DNA of 64,000 bases from Candidatus Heimdallarchaeota archaeon (GCA_021399395.1 JAAFKJ010000047.1:8447-72446), one strand, 5' to 3'. Positions 10,226 to 20,518 are shown, numbered from the stretch's first letter. A program made the numbers and translations. The notes: generated by a model from the letters alone, not told the origin.

Positions 10226-11937
10226 CAGAAATTGTAAAGAAGAAAATTATTTCCATTATTTATCACAACATGATAAGATAGATCACCTACGTAATAGAAA
10301 TTTAATAGATACATCAGTTCATCTTGCGTTAGTTGATATGGTAATCCTAACCATTGATCCATAACTGTACCTATCACAAGGTAATCAAGTCCCGTATGTG
10401 TTAGATGATGGCCATTTTCAACCATTGTAAATCTTGAACTCAAAATAATGGGTAAAGTGTAGATATTAATTCCTTTGATAAATTTAGATATCGAAAAAGG
10501 TATACTTGCTCTAGAAGTATTGAAATCAATTAATGAATCCATTGTATTCGCTATGGTTAGGTTTTGATAGTTATTGGTTAGATTATAACTAGGCAGATAT
10601 TGTTGTCCAACATAAGCAATGCTTAGATATGAGTTGAAAACAAGTACGGTAAGGAAAATCATTTTCCAATTATTTTTTAATTTAGGTATCCAATCTGAAA
10701 TCGCTAGATAAGCCAAGAATGAAACAAAGATTATTGTGAAAACAAATGTTCTAGGTGCAACCCATGAGAGCTCTGGTTCAGATGAAAACAATAAGGAAAA
10801 TACAACAGTCATTCCATAGAAAAAGAAACCTAGTATAAATAATGATAATTTCAGGGTATTTCTAGAAATTAATGATATGCCACTTAGTACAAAAATAAGC
10901 ACTAATTCAGCTGAGATAAACCAGGAAGATAAGCTTGCAGAATATATGAAAAGACCAATCACTTCAACAATTATCAGAGCGGCTATTGTACCTAAATATG
11001 CAATTTTCTTTAAATTAACTCCTTTAGAAGCTTCATTGAGTTTTGTAATAATTTTTGTTTGTGTAATTTTATTTTTGAGTTTTCTAAATTGCGTTTTTAT
11101 GAACTCTTTTTGATAAGTTCTTAGATAATAACTAGTAAAAATGAGTATTATCCAGATTGAAAGAAATACAAATTTATTGCCAACAAAGACCTTGAATACA
11201 TTCTCATAAGCTGGATTCATGGATAGGAAATAATTCACCTTCTCAAACTCACTAGACCCTAAAATAGTGTTGATTATAATTACAGCTGGAATAGCATAAA
11301 TTAGAGAGATTACTGATTTTATGTCTTTAACTAGAAACAGACTTGCAAATATAATAACTGGAACTAGAAATAGAGCAGAAATATGATGGACTTGCACAGC
11401 GACAATTGCTAGAATACTCGCAATAATCTGAGCTCTGAAGCTTTTAGGCTTACACAGATAAAGATACAAACATAGACTGAACAAGCTAATTCCTAATGAA
11501 TTTGGTCTTCCCAAAAACATCTGAATGCCTATCATTGCAGGAAATAATAAGATAAGAGCAAGGTATTGAAACTTCAAGTTATGGGAAATATATCCGTTCT
11601 TTTTCTTCTCTGTATGACGTATAAAAGCTATAATAGTTAGATCAAAAATTAGAATTGGGATAACTATACTAATAAATTCATAAAGAATTTCTGAACTCAA
11701 TCCAGTCATTAAAGAAATGCCAGAAGCAAGTAAGTGAAAACCTACAAAGTCATAATATGATGGGGAAATTGAAAACTCAAATATGTGACGATTCTCAATT
11801 ATAGCATCAATATATTGCAAATGAATATATGAATCAAATCCAAACATTCCTAGATTAAAATACAGGATAAGGAAAATTAGAAGAATTTTCCCGAAAATCA
11901 AGGTAGGAACAAATAAGGATTTTTTAGCCACAATCAC
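10216..11937 (-). CDS. Polytopic membrane protein, GT-C-like
   Basis: About 13 hydrophobic segments; first external loop GFDSYIHL (DxxxH) then YY.F.GFH.L, plus a HH motif, a layout typical of GT-C-fold proteins; overlaps the GT4 start. Confidence 0.55.
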   Translation of the reverse strand: MIVAKKSLFVPTLIFGKILLIFLILYFNLGMFGFDSYIHLQYIDAIIENRHIFEFSISPSYYDFVGFHLLASGISLMTGLSSEILYEFISIVIPILIFDLTIIAFIRHTEKKKNGYISHNLKFQYLALILLFPAMIGIQMFLGRPNSLGISLFSLCLYLYLCKPKSFRAQIIASILAIVAVQVHHISALFLVPVIIFASLFLVKDIKSVISLIYAIPAVIIINTILGSSEFEKVNYFLSMNPAYENVFKVFVGNKFVFLSIWIILIFTSYYLRTYQKEFIKTQFRKLKNKITQTKIITKLNEASKGVNLKKIAYLGTIAALIIVEVIGLFIYSASLSSWFISAELVLIFVLSGISLISRNTLKLSLFILGFFFYGMTVVFSLLFSSEPELSWVAPRTFVFTIIFVSFLAYLAISDWIPKLKNNWKMIFLTVLVFNSYLSIAYVGQQYLPSYNLTNNYQNLTIANTMDSLIDFNTSRASIPFSISKFIKGINIYTLPIILSSRFTMVENGHHLTHTGLDYLVIGTVMDQWLGLPYQLTQDELMYLLNFYYVGDLSYHVVINNGNNFLLYNFWWI

Positions 11938-12019
11938 ACCTAACTGTATTCTTCTAAATAAACTTTTATTGCATTTTCAGGTTCAATTATACTGTATATT
12001 CTCTATTAGAGTTTTAAAG

Positions 12020-13180
12020 TCATTCCATCTTATTCTCTTGTTTCTTTAAAAACTTAAAATTACTACACTGAGTACAGCCTTGATTTTTCAACTGTTCAAT
12101 AGTCACAAATTCTTTATTCTTACCAACAATATACTCGGTCTTACAATTTTTACATAAATAGGTACGAAGAATGGGATTTACATCACCAGTGTACAGCGGT
12201 CCTTCAAAATTATCTTGAATTAAAGGAGTCGCTGAAGCACCCACAGACAATCTGTACAAGTTAGAAATCCCACCTAACTTCTGTGCGCCTATATATTCGT
12301 TAAAACCATGTAAAATGTTAGTTAACAAGCCGCCCATATCAGTTAAATCCTTTTGAATGGCTAACATTTGTTCTGGGGGTTTACTACCAAAAGAAAGATA
12401 GAAAATGCCATTTGTCTTTTTCTTGAGTAATTGAATACCACGAGAAACAAACAGCTGCACTCCAGTCTGAGTATATGGTGGATCTGTAATAAAACAATCA
12501 AATAGACTGGAATACTCTTCAGGAAGAGTTTTCCTAAGGTCAAGTTCTATGAACTCGATACTAAGATCTAATTCACTGTTTGCCAAATCAATAATCTCTT
12601 TTAATTTTGGATCAATATCAAAAACAACGATTCTTGACGAAGAAGGAAGGAACAGAGCCAATGCAATACTGGTTAAATCACTGTCTCCTACAAGTGCATA
12701 AGTGCTATAAAATAAATCATAGTTATGACTCATTGTAAGAACTCGGAGAAGGCTAGTTTGAGGTGTCGCAAACGATTGATCAATAACTGTATTTGGTTGT
12801 CCTCTTAGATCCGAATACTTTTTGATTATGTCTAATTGTGTTGAGTATCCATCCAGAGGAAAGTGCAAACCAGATTTTGTACAATTTTTACAAGAGAAGT
12901 CTACATTTGTCTTGCTTATCGAAGAAATTATTTCCTGCCCTTGAGATGTTAACACAGTTCCTTTGTTCGTTCTTTTGCACCAACCTAGTTTCTCAAATTC
13001 ATTTCTTATGGCAACACATAAAGGAATAGGAAAACTAGCTTTTTGTGATAACTTCTGCATGGGAGAATCAGGAAATCTATCAAGTACTGCGAAGAATTTT
13101 ACTATTCCATTGATACCTTCTTTCAATTTGACCTTATTTTGGACAGCAGAGAATGAATCAAAAATAGTGTCTCTATCCAT
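12020..13180 (-). CDS. BpsA-like (branched-chain polyamine synthase / DUF43) SAM-dependent transferase with extra C-terminal zinc finger
   Basis: N-terminal wHTH-like region PIPLCVA...LT..G, CxxC, DQSFATP.T...R, VGDSDLTSIALA, DIDPKL, DLRK.LP, FDCFITDPPYT, FNEY; C-terminal CKNC...CTQC. Confidence 0.85.
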   Translation of the reverse strand: MDRDTIFDSFSAVQNKVKLKEGINGIVKFFAVLDRFPDSPMQKLSQKASFPIPLCVAIRNEFEKLGWCKRTNKGTVLTSQGQEIISSISKTNVDFSCKNCTKSGLHFPLDGYSTQLDIIKKYSDLRGQPNTVIDQSFATPQTSLLRVLTMSHNYDLFYSTYALVGDSDLTSIALALFLPSSSRIVVFDIDPKLKEIIDLANSELDLSIEFIELDLRKTLPEEYSSLFDCFITDPPYTQTGVQLFVSRGIQLLKKKTNGIFYLSFGSKPPEQMLAIQKDLTDMGGLLTNILHGFNEYIGAQKLGGISNLYRLSVGASATPLIQDNFEGPLYTGDVNPILRTYLCKNCKTEYIVGKNKEFVTIEQLKNQGCTQCSNFKFLKKQENKME

Positions 13181-13298
13181 AAATTAAGTTATATAATATA
13201 TTCAAAAATCTGATGGATATAGACAAAAACATGCCATTAATGTGATATTGAGCGATAATATTTTTTAAAGAAGAAAATATTGTACGAACAAGAGCGTT

Positions 13299-14561
13299 AT
13301 GTTTGATACTATAGAAAACTACCCCTATCTTGAATATAAGAACAAAGAACTTCATTTAAATGGAAAAACAATTGATTCCGTTCTTTCAAAAAAAGAAACT
13401 CCAATTTTCATATTTTTAGAAGAAAGATTTCTGAATAATGCTACTGAATTAGAACAGAATCTCAAAAAGTCCATTCCAAATTTGTTTATATCCTATGCAA
13501 TTAAAGCAAATTACCTAGGTAGAATTTTACATAGTGCTAAGAAAATTGGTTTGGGGATTGAAGTCATGTCACTTTTTGAGCTAAAATTGGCACGCGAAGC
13601 TAAAATCCCAAACAAAGATATCATCTTTAATGGACCCGCTAAAACAACAGAAGAGCTGGAATATGCACTTGGTGAGGGAATCGAGAACATAAATGTCGAT
13701 TCTATGAATGAACTGATTCTTATTGAAAAACTAGCTAAGAAAAGAAATATGGTCCAACCCATCACTGTACGTATTCATCCGAAGCTAGATGAAAAAACAG
13801 AAAGGAAGATGTTAATCAAGAAAAACAGCAAACTTGGAATAGATTACTCAAGAGGAGTAAAGTTATTTGAGTTCGCAAAGAAGAGTGAAAATCTAAATCC
13901 AGTAGGAGTTCATACTCATATTGGGACAAACCTAACTTCTCACAATTTCTACGAAGAGTTATTAGAGTTCATGAATAAATATATTAGTGATCTCGAAAAG
14001 AAGCATGGTATTTCAATTGAGAACATAAATCTAGGAGGAGGTTTAGCTAGTAAATCCACATTAGACAAGAGTGGATTTCAGATAGCAAAATTAGGCGAAC
14101 AAATTTCTTCACATATATCTAACATTGAAGATAAAACGATCATCTTTGAACCTGGAAGATACTTAATAGAAGATAGTTTCGTTGCTATCACTAAAGTCCT
14201 TAGAACAAAGAAATCTTGGGGAAGGAAATGGGCTTTCACCGATATAGGAGCTAATTCATTAATCCCTATGAGATATACTCATTACAAAGTTATTCCTCAG
14301 AATTTCAAAGGAAAAGGTCAATATACAAATATCGGAGGCCCTTTGTGTTTACCCGTAGATGTATTGACTGATGAATCTGTAGACTTTGAAATAGAGGAAG
14401 AGGATCTTTTAATGGTTTTAAACTGTGGAGCCTATACTATTTCAATGAGTGAACAATTCGGATATCCAAGGCCTGCGGTTTATGCTTTGAATCAAGAGAA
14501 AGAGTTGGAATTAATCAAACCAGCTGATGACATAGATAAAATGGTAAGAGAATCTTTTTAG
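13299..14561 (+). CDS. Fold-type III PLP-dependent decarboxylase (LysA/ODC superfamily, MccE/BtrK-like)
   Basis: YAIKANY (PLP Lys), IIFNGPAK, HTHIGT, NLGGG, EPGRY, GPLCLPVD, GAY..SM. Confidence 0.9.
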   Translation: MFDTIENYPYLEYKNKELHLNGKTIDSVLSKKETPIFIFLEERFLNNATELEQNLKKSIPNLFISYAIKANYLGRILHSAKKIGLGIEVMSLFELKLAREAKIPNKDIIFNGPAKTTEELEYALGEGIENINVDSMNELILIEKLAKKRNMVQPITVRIHPKLDEKTERKMLIKKNSKLGIDYSRGVKLFEFAKKSENLNPVGVHTHIGTNLTSHNFYEELLEFMNKYISDLEKKHGISIENINLGGGLASKSTLDKSGFQIAKLGEQISSHISNIEDKTIIFEPGRYLIEDSFVAITKVLRTKKSWGRKWAFTDIGANSLIPMRYTHYKVIPQNFKGKGQYTNIGGPLCLPVDVLTDESVDFEIEEEDLLMVLNCGAYTISMSEQFGYPRPAVYALNQEKELELIKPADDIDKMVRESF

Positions 14562-14569
14562 GGGAAAAC

Positions 14570-15097
14570 ATGAAGAAGCCTTCTGATAGTCTAGAAATTT
14601 GTTCGAAACATTGCGGGAGTAAATGTTGTAGAAGCACACCTCCAGCATTAACCAAAGAGGATATTGACAGAATAGAAGAAAAAACTAACATTGAGAATTG
14701 GTACACTACAATTGAGTTTAATCAAAAAACTGCAAATGTTGTTGCCAAAAAAAATGATACAGATGATTGTTTTTTTCTATCAGATAATGGGTTGTGTGGT
14801 GTTTACGATTACAGACCACTAGATTGCAAGTTATTTCCTTTATTTGTACAAATCAAAAAACAAGGTGAGAAAGAGTATAATGTTAGATGGTTGGTTTGGT
14901 ACTGTCCTTTAACCGAGAATAAAGGGATAGAGGTTCTGAAAGTAGAATCAGAGAAACTTTTGATATCAATTTTATCGGAAAATCCAGATCAAATATTTGA
15001 TTATCAAGAAGCAATGTATACTTCAAGAGGTTACAAAAAGAAACACTTCTTTAAGGAAGAATGTTTAAAGATACAAAAGAGTGATTCAGAATCATGA
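14570..15097 (+). CDS. YkgJ/UPF0153 (FliB-like) cysteine-cluster protein
   Basis: CxxxCxxxCC plus CFFL....LC.VY..RPLDC..FP pattern. Confidence 0.85.
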   Translation: MKKPSDSLEICSKHCGSKCCRSTPPALTKEDIDRIEEKTNIENWYTTIEFNQKTANVVAKKNDTDDCFFLSDNGLCGVYDYRPLDCKLFPLFVQIKKQGEKEYNVRWLVWYCPLTENKGIEVLKVESEKLLISILSENPDQIFDYQEAMYTSRGYKKKHFFKEECLKIQKSDSES

Positions 15098-16083
15098 CCA
15101 CAATCTCCCTTATAATTCCAACTTACAATAATGCCTCCACTTTGAGAGCTTGTTTAGATTCTGTAAAAAAACAAACACTAACTCCAACAGAAATAATCAT
15201 CGCTGATGGTCATTCAAGTGATGACACTGTCAATATTGCAAAGGAATTTGGCTGTAAAATAGTATACGAAGAAGGGGGAACAAGAGCTGCTGCATGTAAT
15301 GTAGCGCTTGAAAAAGCCGAAGGAGAATTGATAGCTTTTACAGATTCTGATGTAATTGCTAAAGAAGATTGGCTGGAAAAACTTGTATCTACTCTAGACA
15401 CAATAGAATACGAAAATGTTGTTTGCATAACAGGACCAAATATTGAATATCCTAATGAGAGTTTGTTCGGAAAAGCTGTCACTGCGATTTACAATACCTT
15501 TCTAGGAGGAGGCTGGTCAGAGCAAGCTAGAAGCATATTTAACAAAGAGGGTAGATTTGTTGAAAGTGCTGCGGGGTGTAATGTACTATATAGAAGAGAA
15601 GCATTGAATGAAGTTCTTCCATTTGATGAAGATTTATTAACTGCGGAAGATACTGACATCAATTTCAAACTTCTGAAAAGAGGGTTCAAACTTTACTTTA
15701 CCCCAGAAGCAATTGTTTATCATCAACGTCCTCAAAATCACAAATCATTCCGTTCTAAGTCAAAGAAATATGCAATAGGAAAAATTCAGTTTTTCAAAGA
15801 GCATAAAACAGGTCTTGAGCTATGGCATTTATTACCATCTTTCTATTTTATAACTGGAATCTTTCTAATTTTTGGTTTGTTTGCTAGCCTTTGGATCTGG
15901 ATTGGTATTGTAGCATATTTTGGTTTTTATCTTTTAGTAATAATATTAGCTTCTTTGATTCAAGCTATAAAGTTCAGACAGTGGAAGTTTATCTTCTTAT
16001 TACCTATCATGTTCATTGAAGGTCATATATCATGGAGTATTGGAATACTGAAAGAAATTTTCCTTCCAATGAAAAGAGAGTGA
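15094..16083 (+). CDS. Glycosyltransferase family 2 with C-terminal membrane helices
   Basis: SLIIPTYN, DGHSSDDT, FTDSD (DXD), AEDTD; three C-terminal hydrophobic segments. Confidence 0.9.
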   Translation: MTTISLIIPTYNNASTLRACLDSVKKQTLTPTEIIIADGHSSDDTVNIAKEFGCKIVYEEGGTRAAACNVALEKAEGELIAFTDSDVIAKEDWLEKLVSTLDTIEYENVVCITGPNIEYPNESLFGKAVTAIYNTFLGGGWSEQARSIFNKEGRFVESAAGCNVLYRREALNEVLPFDEDLLTAEDTDINFKLLKRGFKLYFTPEAIVYHQRPQNHKSFRSKSKKYAIGKIQFFKEHKTGLELWHLLPSFYFITGIFLIFGLFASLWIWIGIVAYFGFYLLVIILASLIQAIKFRQWKFIFLLPIMFIEGHISWSIGILKEIFLPMKRE

Positions 16084-16088
16084 AATAG

Positions 16089-17306
16089 ATGTCCTTAAAC
16101 ATAGCAATGATTTTCGAATTAGGTCCTCACGATGATGGCTTAATCGGAGGTGGTGTAGAACTTCATGCGTTAAACCTTTCAAAGGCACTTGTTAAAAGAG
16201 GACATAAAGTGACATATATCACAGGTTCCATACCCAATAATGAGAATAAAACAAATATTGAAGGGGTGGAGATTAAAAGAGTTGATCTTTTATCTATTAT
16301 AAAACGAGGTTATAACGCTCAAGAATTAAAATTTTCTCGGCAATTCTTTTTCTTGTTGAAAAACACATTACCAATATTGAGAAGAGAGATAGATAGTAAA
16401 GCGTATGATCTCTTTCATGGTCATGTTTATTCTTCAGGTTTAGTAGCGACGGCTTTAGGAAAGAGAAATCAAAAGATAATTATCAACACAATGCATGGAT
16501 CCTACTATAAATATTGGAGTCAGTTGGTAAAGAATCGAATCAAGGCTGGATTCTATAGAGGAATGGAAAGAAAACTAGCTCCATATTTAGCAAAAAAGGC
16601 TCATTGTCAGATTCATACAGATTATGATTATGCTCAGATAGTTAAAAACTGGTGTAAAGAAGAAACAAAAACTAAAATCCATACGGTGTTAAATGGAGTT
16701 GATATAGAAAAGTTTCATCCCGAAATATCTCCTGAAACTAGTATTATAGAAGAGGATGGACCAATCATTATGACTACCAGAAGATTAGTAGTGAAGAATG
16801 GTGTGATTCACTTAGTTAGAGGTTTTGAAAAAATCTTAAAGAAACACTCATCGGCAAAACTACTGATTGTAGGTGATGGTCCAGAAAGGTCCCCCATTGA
16901 GAGAGAAATAAAACAAAGAGAATTATCTAGTAGTGTTAAATTAACAGGGATGGTCCCCAATGACAAAATACCTTCATATTTGGCCCTAGCTGATGTAGTT
17001 GTTGTGCCAAGCATAGTTGAAGCATCTAGCATAAGTGTACTTGAAGCGATGGCAATGAGAAAGGCGATAGTAGCTTCAGACATTCCAGGTATTAGGGAAA
17101 TAACAAACCAAGGAAAAAATTGTGTGTTAGTCCCGCCTAAAGACCCCAAAGCTTTAGCAGATGGTGTGATAAAACTATTGGATTCAAAAGAACGTGCAAT
17201 TAAATTAGCAAAATTAGCTTATGATAATGCAGTTAAAGACTTCAGTTGGGAGAAAAAAGCACAAGAAATAGAAGCCCTCTATTTGAGAGAGCTTGATAGG
17301 AGTTGA
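16089..17306 (+). CDS. Glycosyltransferase family 4
   Basis: GGGVE, NGVD, KNG, PSIVEASSISVLEAMA. Confidence 0.9.
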   Translation: MSLNIAMIFELGPHDDGLIGGGVELHALNLSKALVKRGHKVTYITGSIPNNENKTNIEGVEIKRVDLLSIIKRGYNAQELKFSRQFFFLLKNTLPILRREIDSKAYDLFHGHVYSSGLVATALGKRNQKIIINTMHGSYYKYWSQLVKNRIKAGFYRGMERKLAPYLAKKAHCQIHTDYDYAQIVKNWCKEETKTKIHTVLNGVDIEKFHPEISPETSIIEEDGPIIMTTRRLVVKNGVIHLVRGFEKILKKHSSAKLLIVGDGPERSPIEREIKQRELSSSVKLTGMVPNDKIPSYLALADVVVVPSIVEASSISVLEAMAMRKAIVASDIPGIREITNQGKNCVLVPPKDPKALADGVIKLLDSKERAIKLAKLAYDNAVKDFSWEKKAQEIEALYLRELDRS

Positions 17307-18198
17307 CTTGGAAATGGAGACGAGTTTTTGTTTTAGAGTAGATATAGACACTTGGGAAGGATTACATAAAGGAATTCCGGAATGCTTGAGACTCTCTAAG
17401 GAAAATTCATTTCCGTTTACATATTATTTGAGTTTAGGAAAATATGCAACGGGTAGGAATCTCTTTCGAATTATAAAGAAGAATGAGCCCATTAGAAGAA
17501 ATATTCCAATATGGAAAAGAAATCATTGGAAAGATCTATTCCGTGGCATTTTACTTCCACCTAAAAAAATAGGAAGTAATACAATAAAGATACTTCAAGA
17601 ATATCAGGCAAATGAACATACTGAGTTTCATTCTCATGGGTATAATCATGTGCATTGGGCAAATTCATTTGATCATTTCAGTGAAAATGAAACTTCTAAT
17701 TATCTTGATTTGATGAAAACAGAATATACTAAGATTTTTGGAAAAGAACCTCAAGCTAATGCTGCACCCAATTTCAAAGTAAACCCTTTCTACTTGGCAA
17801 TATTATCATCAAAGCAATTCAAATTCGCTTCAGATTTTGTTTATCATTCACCCTTTTTACTTTCTTCCAGTGATAAGAGTAAAAAAACAGAAGAATCTAT
17901 AGTACAGTTACCTGTTACTGAGGAAACAATTGAAAGTTTAGTGATGCAAGGTAAAAATAAAAGTGAAATTATTGAGTACTACAAACAAAGGTTTCAGAAA
18001 CAAATTGATAATGGTATTTCTTATGTGTGTTTGTATATTCATGCAATATATGAACCATTAAAGCTATATTCTATTATTGAGGACATAATCAAATTAACTG
18101 AACAATATGACATGAAACCTCTAACACACTTAGAATATTATAATCAAAGAAAACAATATCCAACAATCAAAATCAAGAACATCTTACCGGAGATATAA
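17293..18198 (+). CDS. ArnD-like CE4 deformylase/deacetylase
   Basis: RVDIDT.EG...GIP, S.G...TGRNLFRI, G.LLP...IG, HSHGYNH..W and a late YIHA, matching the ArnD pattern (RIDVDT...GVP...HAWDH). Confidence 0.8.
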   Translation: MIGVDLEMETSFCFRVDIDTWEGLHKGIPECLRLSKENSFPFTYYLSLGKYATGRNLFRIIKKNEPIRRNIPIWKRNHWKDLFRGILLPPKKIGSNTIKILQEYQANEHTEFHSHGYNHVHWANSFDHFSENETSNYLDLMKTEYTKIFGKEPQANAAPNFKVNPFYLAILSSKQFKFASDFVYHSPFLLSSSDKSKKTEESIVQLPVTEETIESLVMQGKNKSEIIEYYKQRFQKQIDNGISYVCLYIHAIYEPLKLYSIIEDIIKLTEQYDMKPLTHLEYYNQRKQYPTIKIKNILPEI

Positions 18199-18201
18199 CA
18201 T

Positions 18202-19350
18202 ATGAATAAAAACACATCGTGCATACTCACTCAAGAATATAAAAGAGGAGCTACATGGATTTACAGTGAAGAGTTAGCTAAAGCAATTAAGAGACAAAGT
18301 GACTGGAATCCTGTTTTAGTTACAGCATTAAGGGATGAAAAACTTACCCCTAAACCTGAAAAATCAGAGATTGAAATTGAATTTATAAATACAATTTCGT
18401 CAAGATTTTTCTATTCTAATAGTTATTGGAGAGGAACTGGTTCTGTTGTTGAAGCAATAAAACCGTCAATTATACACGGTAATCTCCCTATGCTATCCAC
18501 TCGAAAAATAAAAACAAACAAACCCATAGTTGAAACAGTTCATACAACATTTTATGGAGAACAAAAATCTATTATCCAAGAACCATCAGTTACATTGAAC
18601 TGGGTCGAAAGAAGATTGTTATTGGCTTTTCCCTTTTTGCAAAGAATTGAAACTAAGCTTATGAAACAAGCTGATCATCTTATTGCCGTTAGCGAACCTA
18701 TTAAACAGGAAATAATGGAAAACTATCCAATTGAAGATTCTAAGATTTCTGTTATACCAAATGGGGTGGATATAACAAAATATACTAAAGATGAGAACAA
18801 AATTTACGAGAAAAATGATGATGAGTTTGTTTTAGGATTTCTGGGAAGGATGATGATTAGAAAAGGTTCTGAATTACTTGCTCCATTATTAAAGAGAGTA
18901 AAGGATGTGAATCCAAATGTCAAATTACTGTTCGCTGGAGATGATCTGAAACAGAAAAAGAATTTTGCTAGAACATTGAAGAATTATGATCTTACAGAGT
19001 CAGTTGTAGATTTAGGTTATATTGATGACAATATGAAAAATAGTTTCTTCAGCTCTGTCGATTTGTTCTTACTTCCTTCAAACTATGAAGGCATGAACCT
19101 AACTTTGCTTGAAGCGTTATCATGTCAAACACCTATTCTAGCTGCACCTGAAGCAGTTACATTTGAACATGATGATACAATTTTCACAGCACAGCGAAAC
19201 GTTAAATCTTTTGCAGATAAGATAGTTGAGTTAATGGAAAATAAACAATTACTATCCTCAATAGCAAAGAAATCTAGAGGGATAGCTGAAAAATACACTT
19301 GGGATAACACTGCTGAACAAACCCTTGAAGTCTATGAAAAACTCTTATGA
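18202..19350 (+). CDS. Glycosyltransferase family 4
   Basis: IAVS, IPNGVD, GR...RKG, PSNYEGMNLTLLEALSC. Confidence 0.9.
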   Translation: MNKNTSCILTQEYKRGATWIYSEELAKAIKRQSDWNPVLVTALRDEKLTPKPEKSEIEIEFINTISSRFFYSNSYWRGTGSVVEAIKPSIIHGNLPMLSTRKIKTNKPIVETVHTTFYGEQKSIIQEPSVTLNWVERRLLLAFPFLQRIETKLMKQADHLIAVSEPIKQEIMENYPIEDSKISVIPNGVDITKYTKDENKIYEKNDDEFVLGFLGRMMIRKGSELLAPLLKRVKDVNPNVKLLFAGDDLKQKKNFARTLKNYDLTESVVDLGYIDDNMKNSFFSSVDLFLLPSNYEGMNLTLLEALSCQTPILAAPEAVTFEHDDTIFTAQRNVKSFADKIVELMENKQLLSSIAKKSRGIAEKYTWDNTAEQTLEVYEKLL

Positions 19351-20433
19351 TTCATCTATATTTTGACTAGATTTCTTCTTTTTCCTTTCTTCTTTCTTTG
19401 CTATCTTTCTTTGTTTTCTTTCTTGTTTTACTTCTTTTGTTTCAGCAAGAGGGAGAATATACATCCAGAAAATAGGAAGCCAAATAATTAAAATTACATA
19501 CCCTAGGTAATTGTGTACTGGTCCAGCAATTGAGCCACCTTGATAGTAATATAATGAGATGATAATCATAATTCTAATCAGATTCATGATATAAGTTCCA
19601 ATAATACCAAGCAGAGTTACTAAAATTGTTTTATAATTCCATTGAAGTCGCTTACGTGCTTCAAAAAGCATAAGAAGGAATACAGCTGCAAAAACAGTTA
19701 GAGAATGTATACCACTACAAGCAGCATCAACATAGAGAGAACCTTGCCCACTGGGGGCATTGGAAAAAATAATTCTAATCATCCATTTTGTGTCAATTAG
19801 GTTGCGTAGTTCAAACGGTGAGCTAAGGAAAAATGTAGTTCGATTTACTCCCGCTAATTGTGTATATGTATAGAAGGGTACCCAACTAACATCCAGTAAA
19901 TTCACTCCAAAAGCCATAACAATTGAAGAAGTAATGACACCAGTTGACCTTGTTAACCATTTTGCTAGGGTTGTACTAAACAATAGTTCAGAAATATCAG
20001 TAAATATGAAAATGTAGAAAATAGTAGTTAACACTACAACATATATTCCTGGAGAGCGATACTTCTTGAAAAATGGATCATCCCAAGTTATATAGAAGAC
20101 CAGAATTGTAGCGAGTACCAAACCTATTGGAACAAGAGTAGCCCGTAATGCTTTATTTTCTGCTTCAGGATATGTTTCATACAGAACATAAAGTGTAACA
20201 ACTAAACCAAAAAGGATTGCAGAAAGAGTATATCTTACATATTTATTTTTAAGAGGAAGAATAATTGGTTCAAGTTTCGAATAAGTTTTAGACGAGAAAG
20301 TAGAGAGATCCTCTTTTGATTTAGAAACGAATCTAGATAGTTTTGTTTGAGGTTTATCATCAGATGATTCCTCAGTTGAAGTTTTCACTTCTTTACTATC
20401 TTTAGAATCAACCTCATCTGCCATTTGAATCAA
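19345..20433 (-). CDS. Exosortase/archaeosortase family transpeptidase
   Basis: Multi-TM protein with catalytic triad V.AACSGIHS (Cys), NLIRI (Arg), VHNYLG (His). Confidence 0.88.
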   Translation of the reverse strand: MIQMADEVDSKDSKEVKTSTEESSDDKPQTKLSRFVSKSKEDLSTFSSKTYSKLEPIILPLKNKYVRYTLSAILFGLVVTLYVLYETYPEAENKALRATLVPIGLVLATILVFYITWDDPFFKKYRSPGIYVVVLTTIFYIFIFTDISELLFSTTLAKWLTRSTGVITSSIVMAFGVNLLDVSWVPFYTYTQLAGVNRTTFFLSSPFELRNLIDTKWMIRIIFSNAPSGQGSLYVDAACSGIHSLTVFAAVFLLMLFEARKRLQWNYKTILVTLLGIIGTYIMNLIRIMIIISLYYYQGGSIAGPVHNYLGYVILIIWLPIFWMYILPLAETKEVKQERKQRKIAKKEERKKKKSSQNIDES

Positions 20434-20518
20434 CTATTTATTACTAAAAATTAAAGTTCCCCATTTGTTAAACCTAACGTTTCTTCAAATGGAAATTAAG
20501 CATTGAAATGAGATGAAC

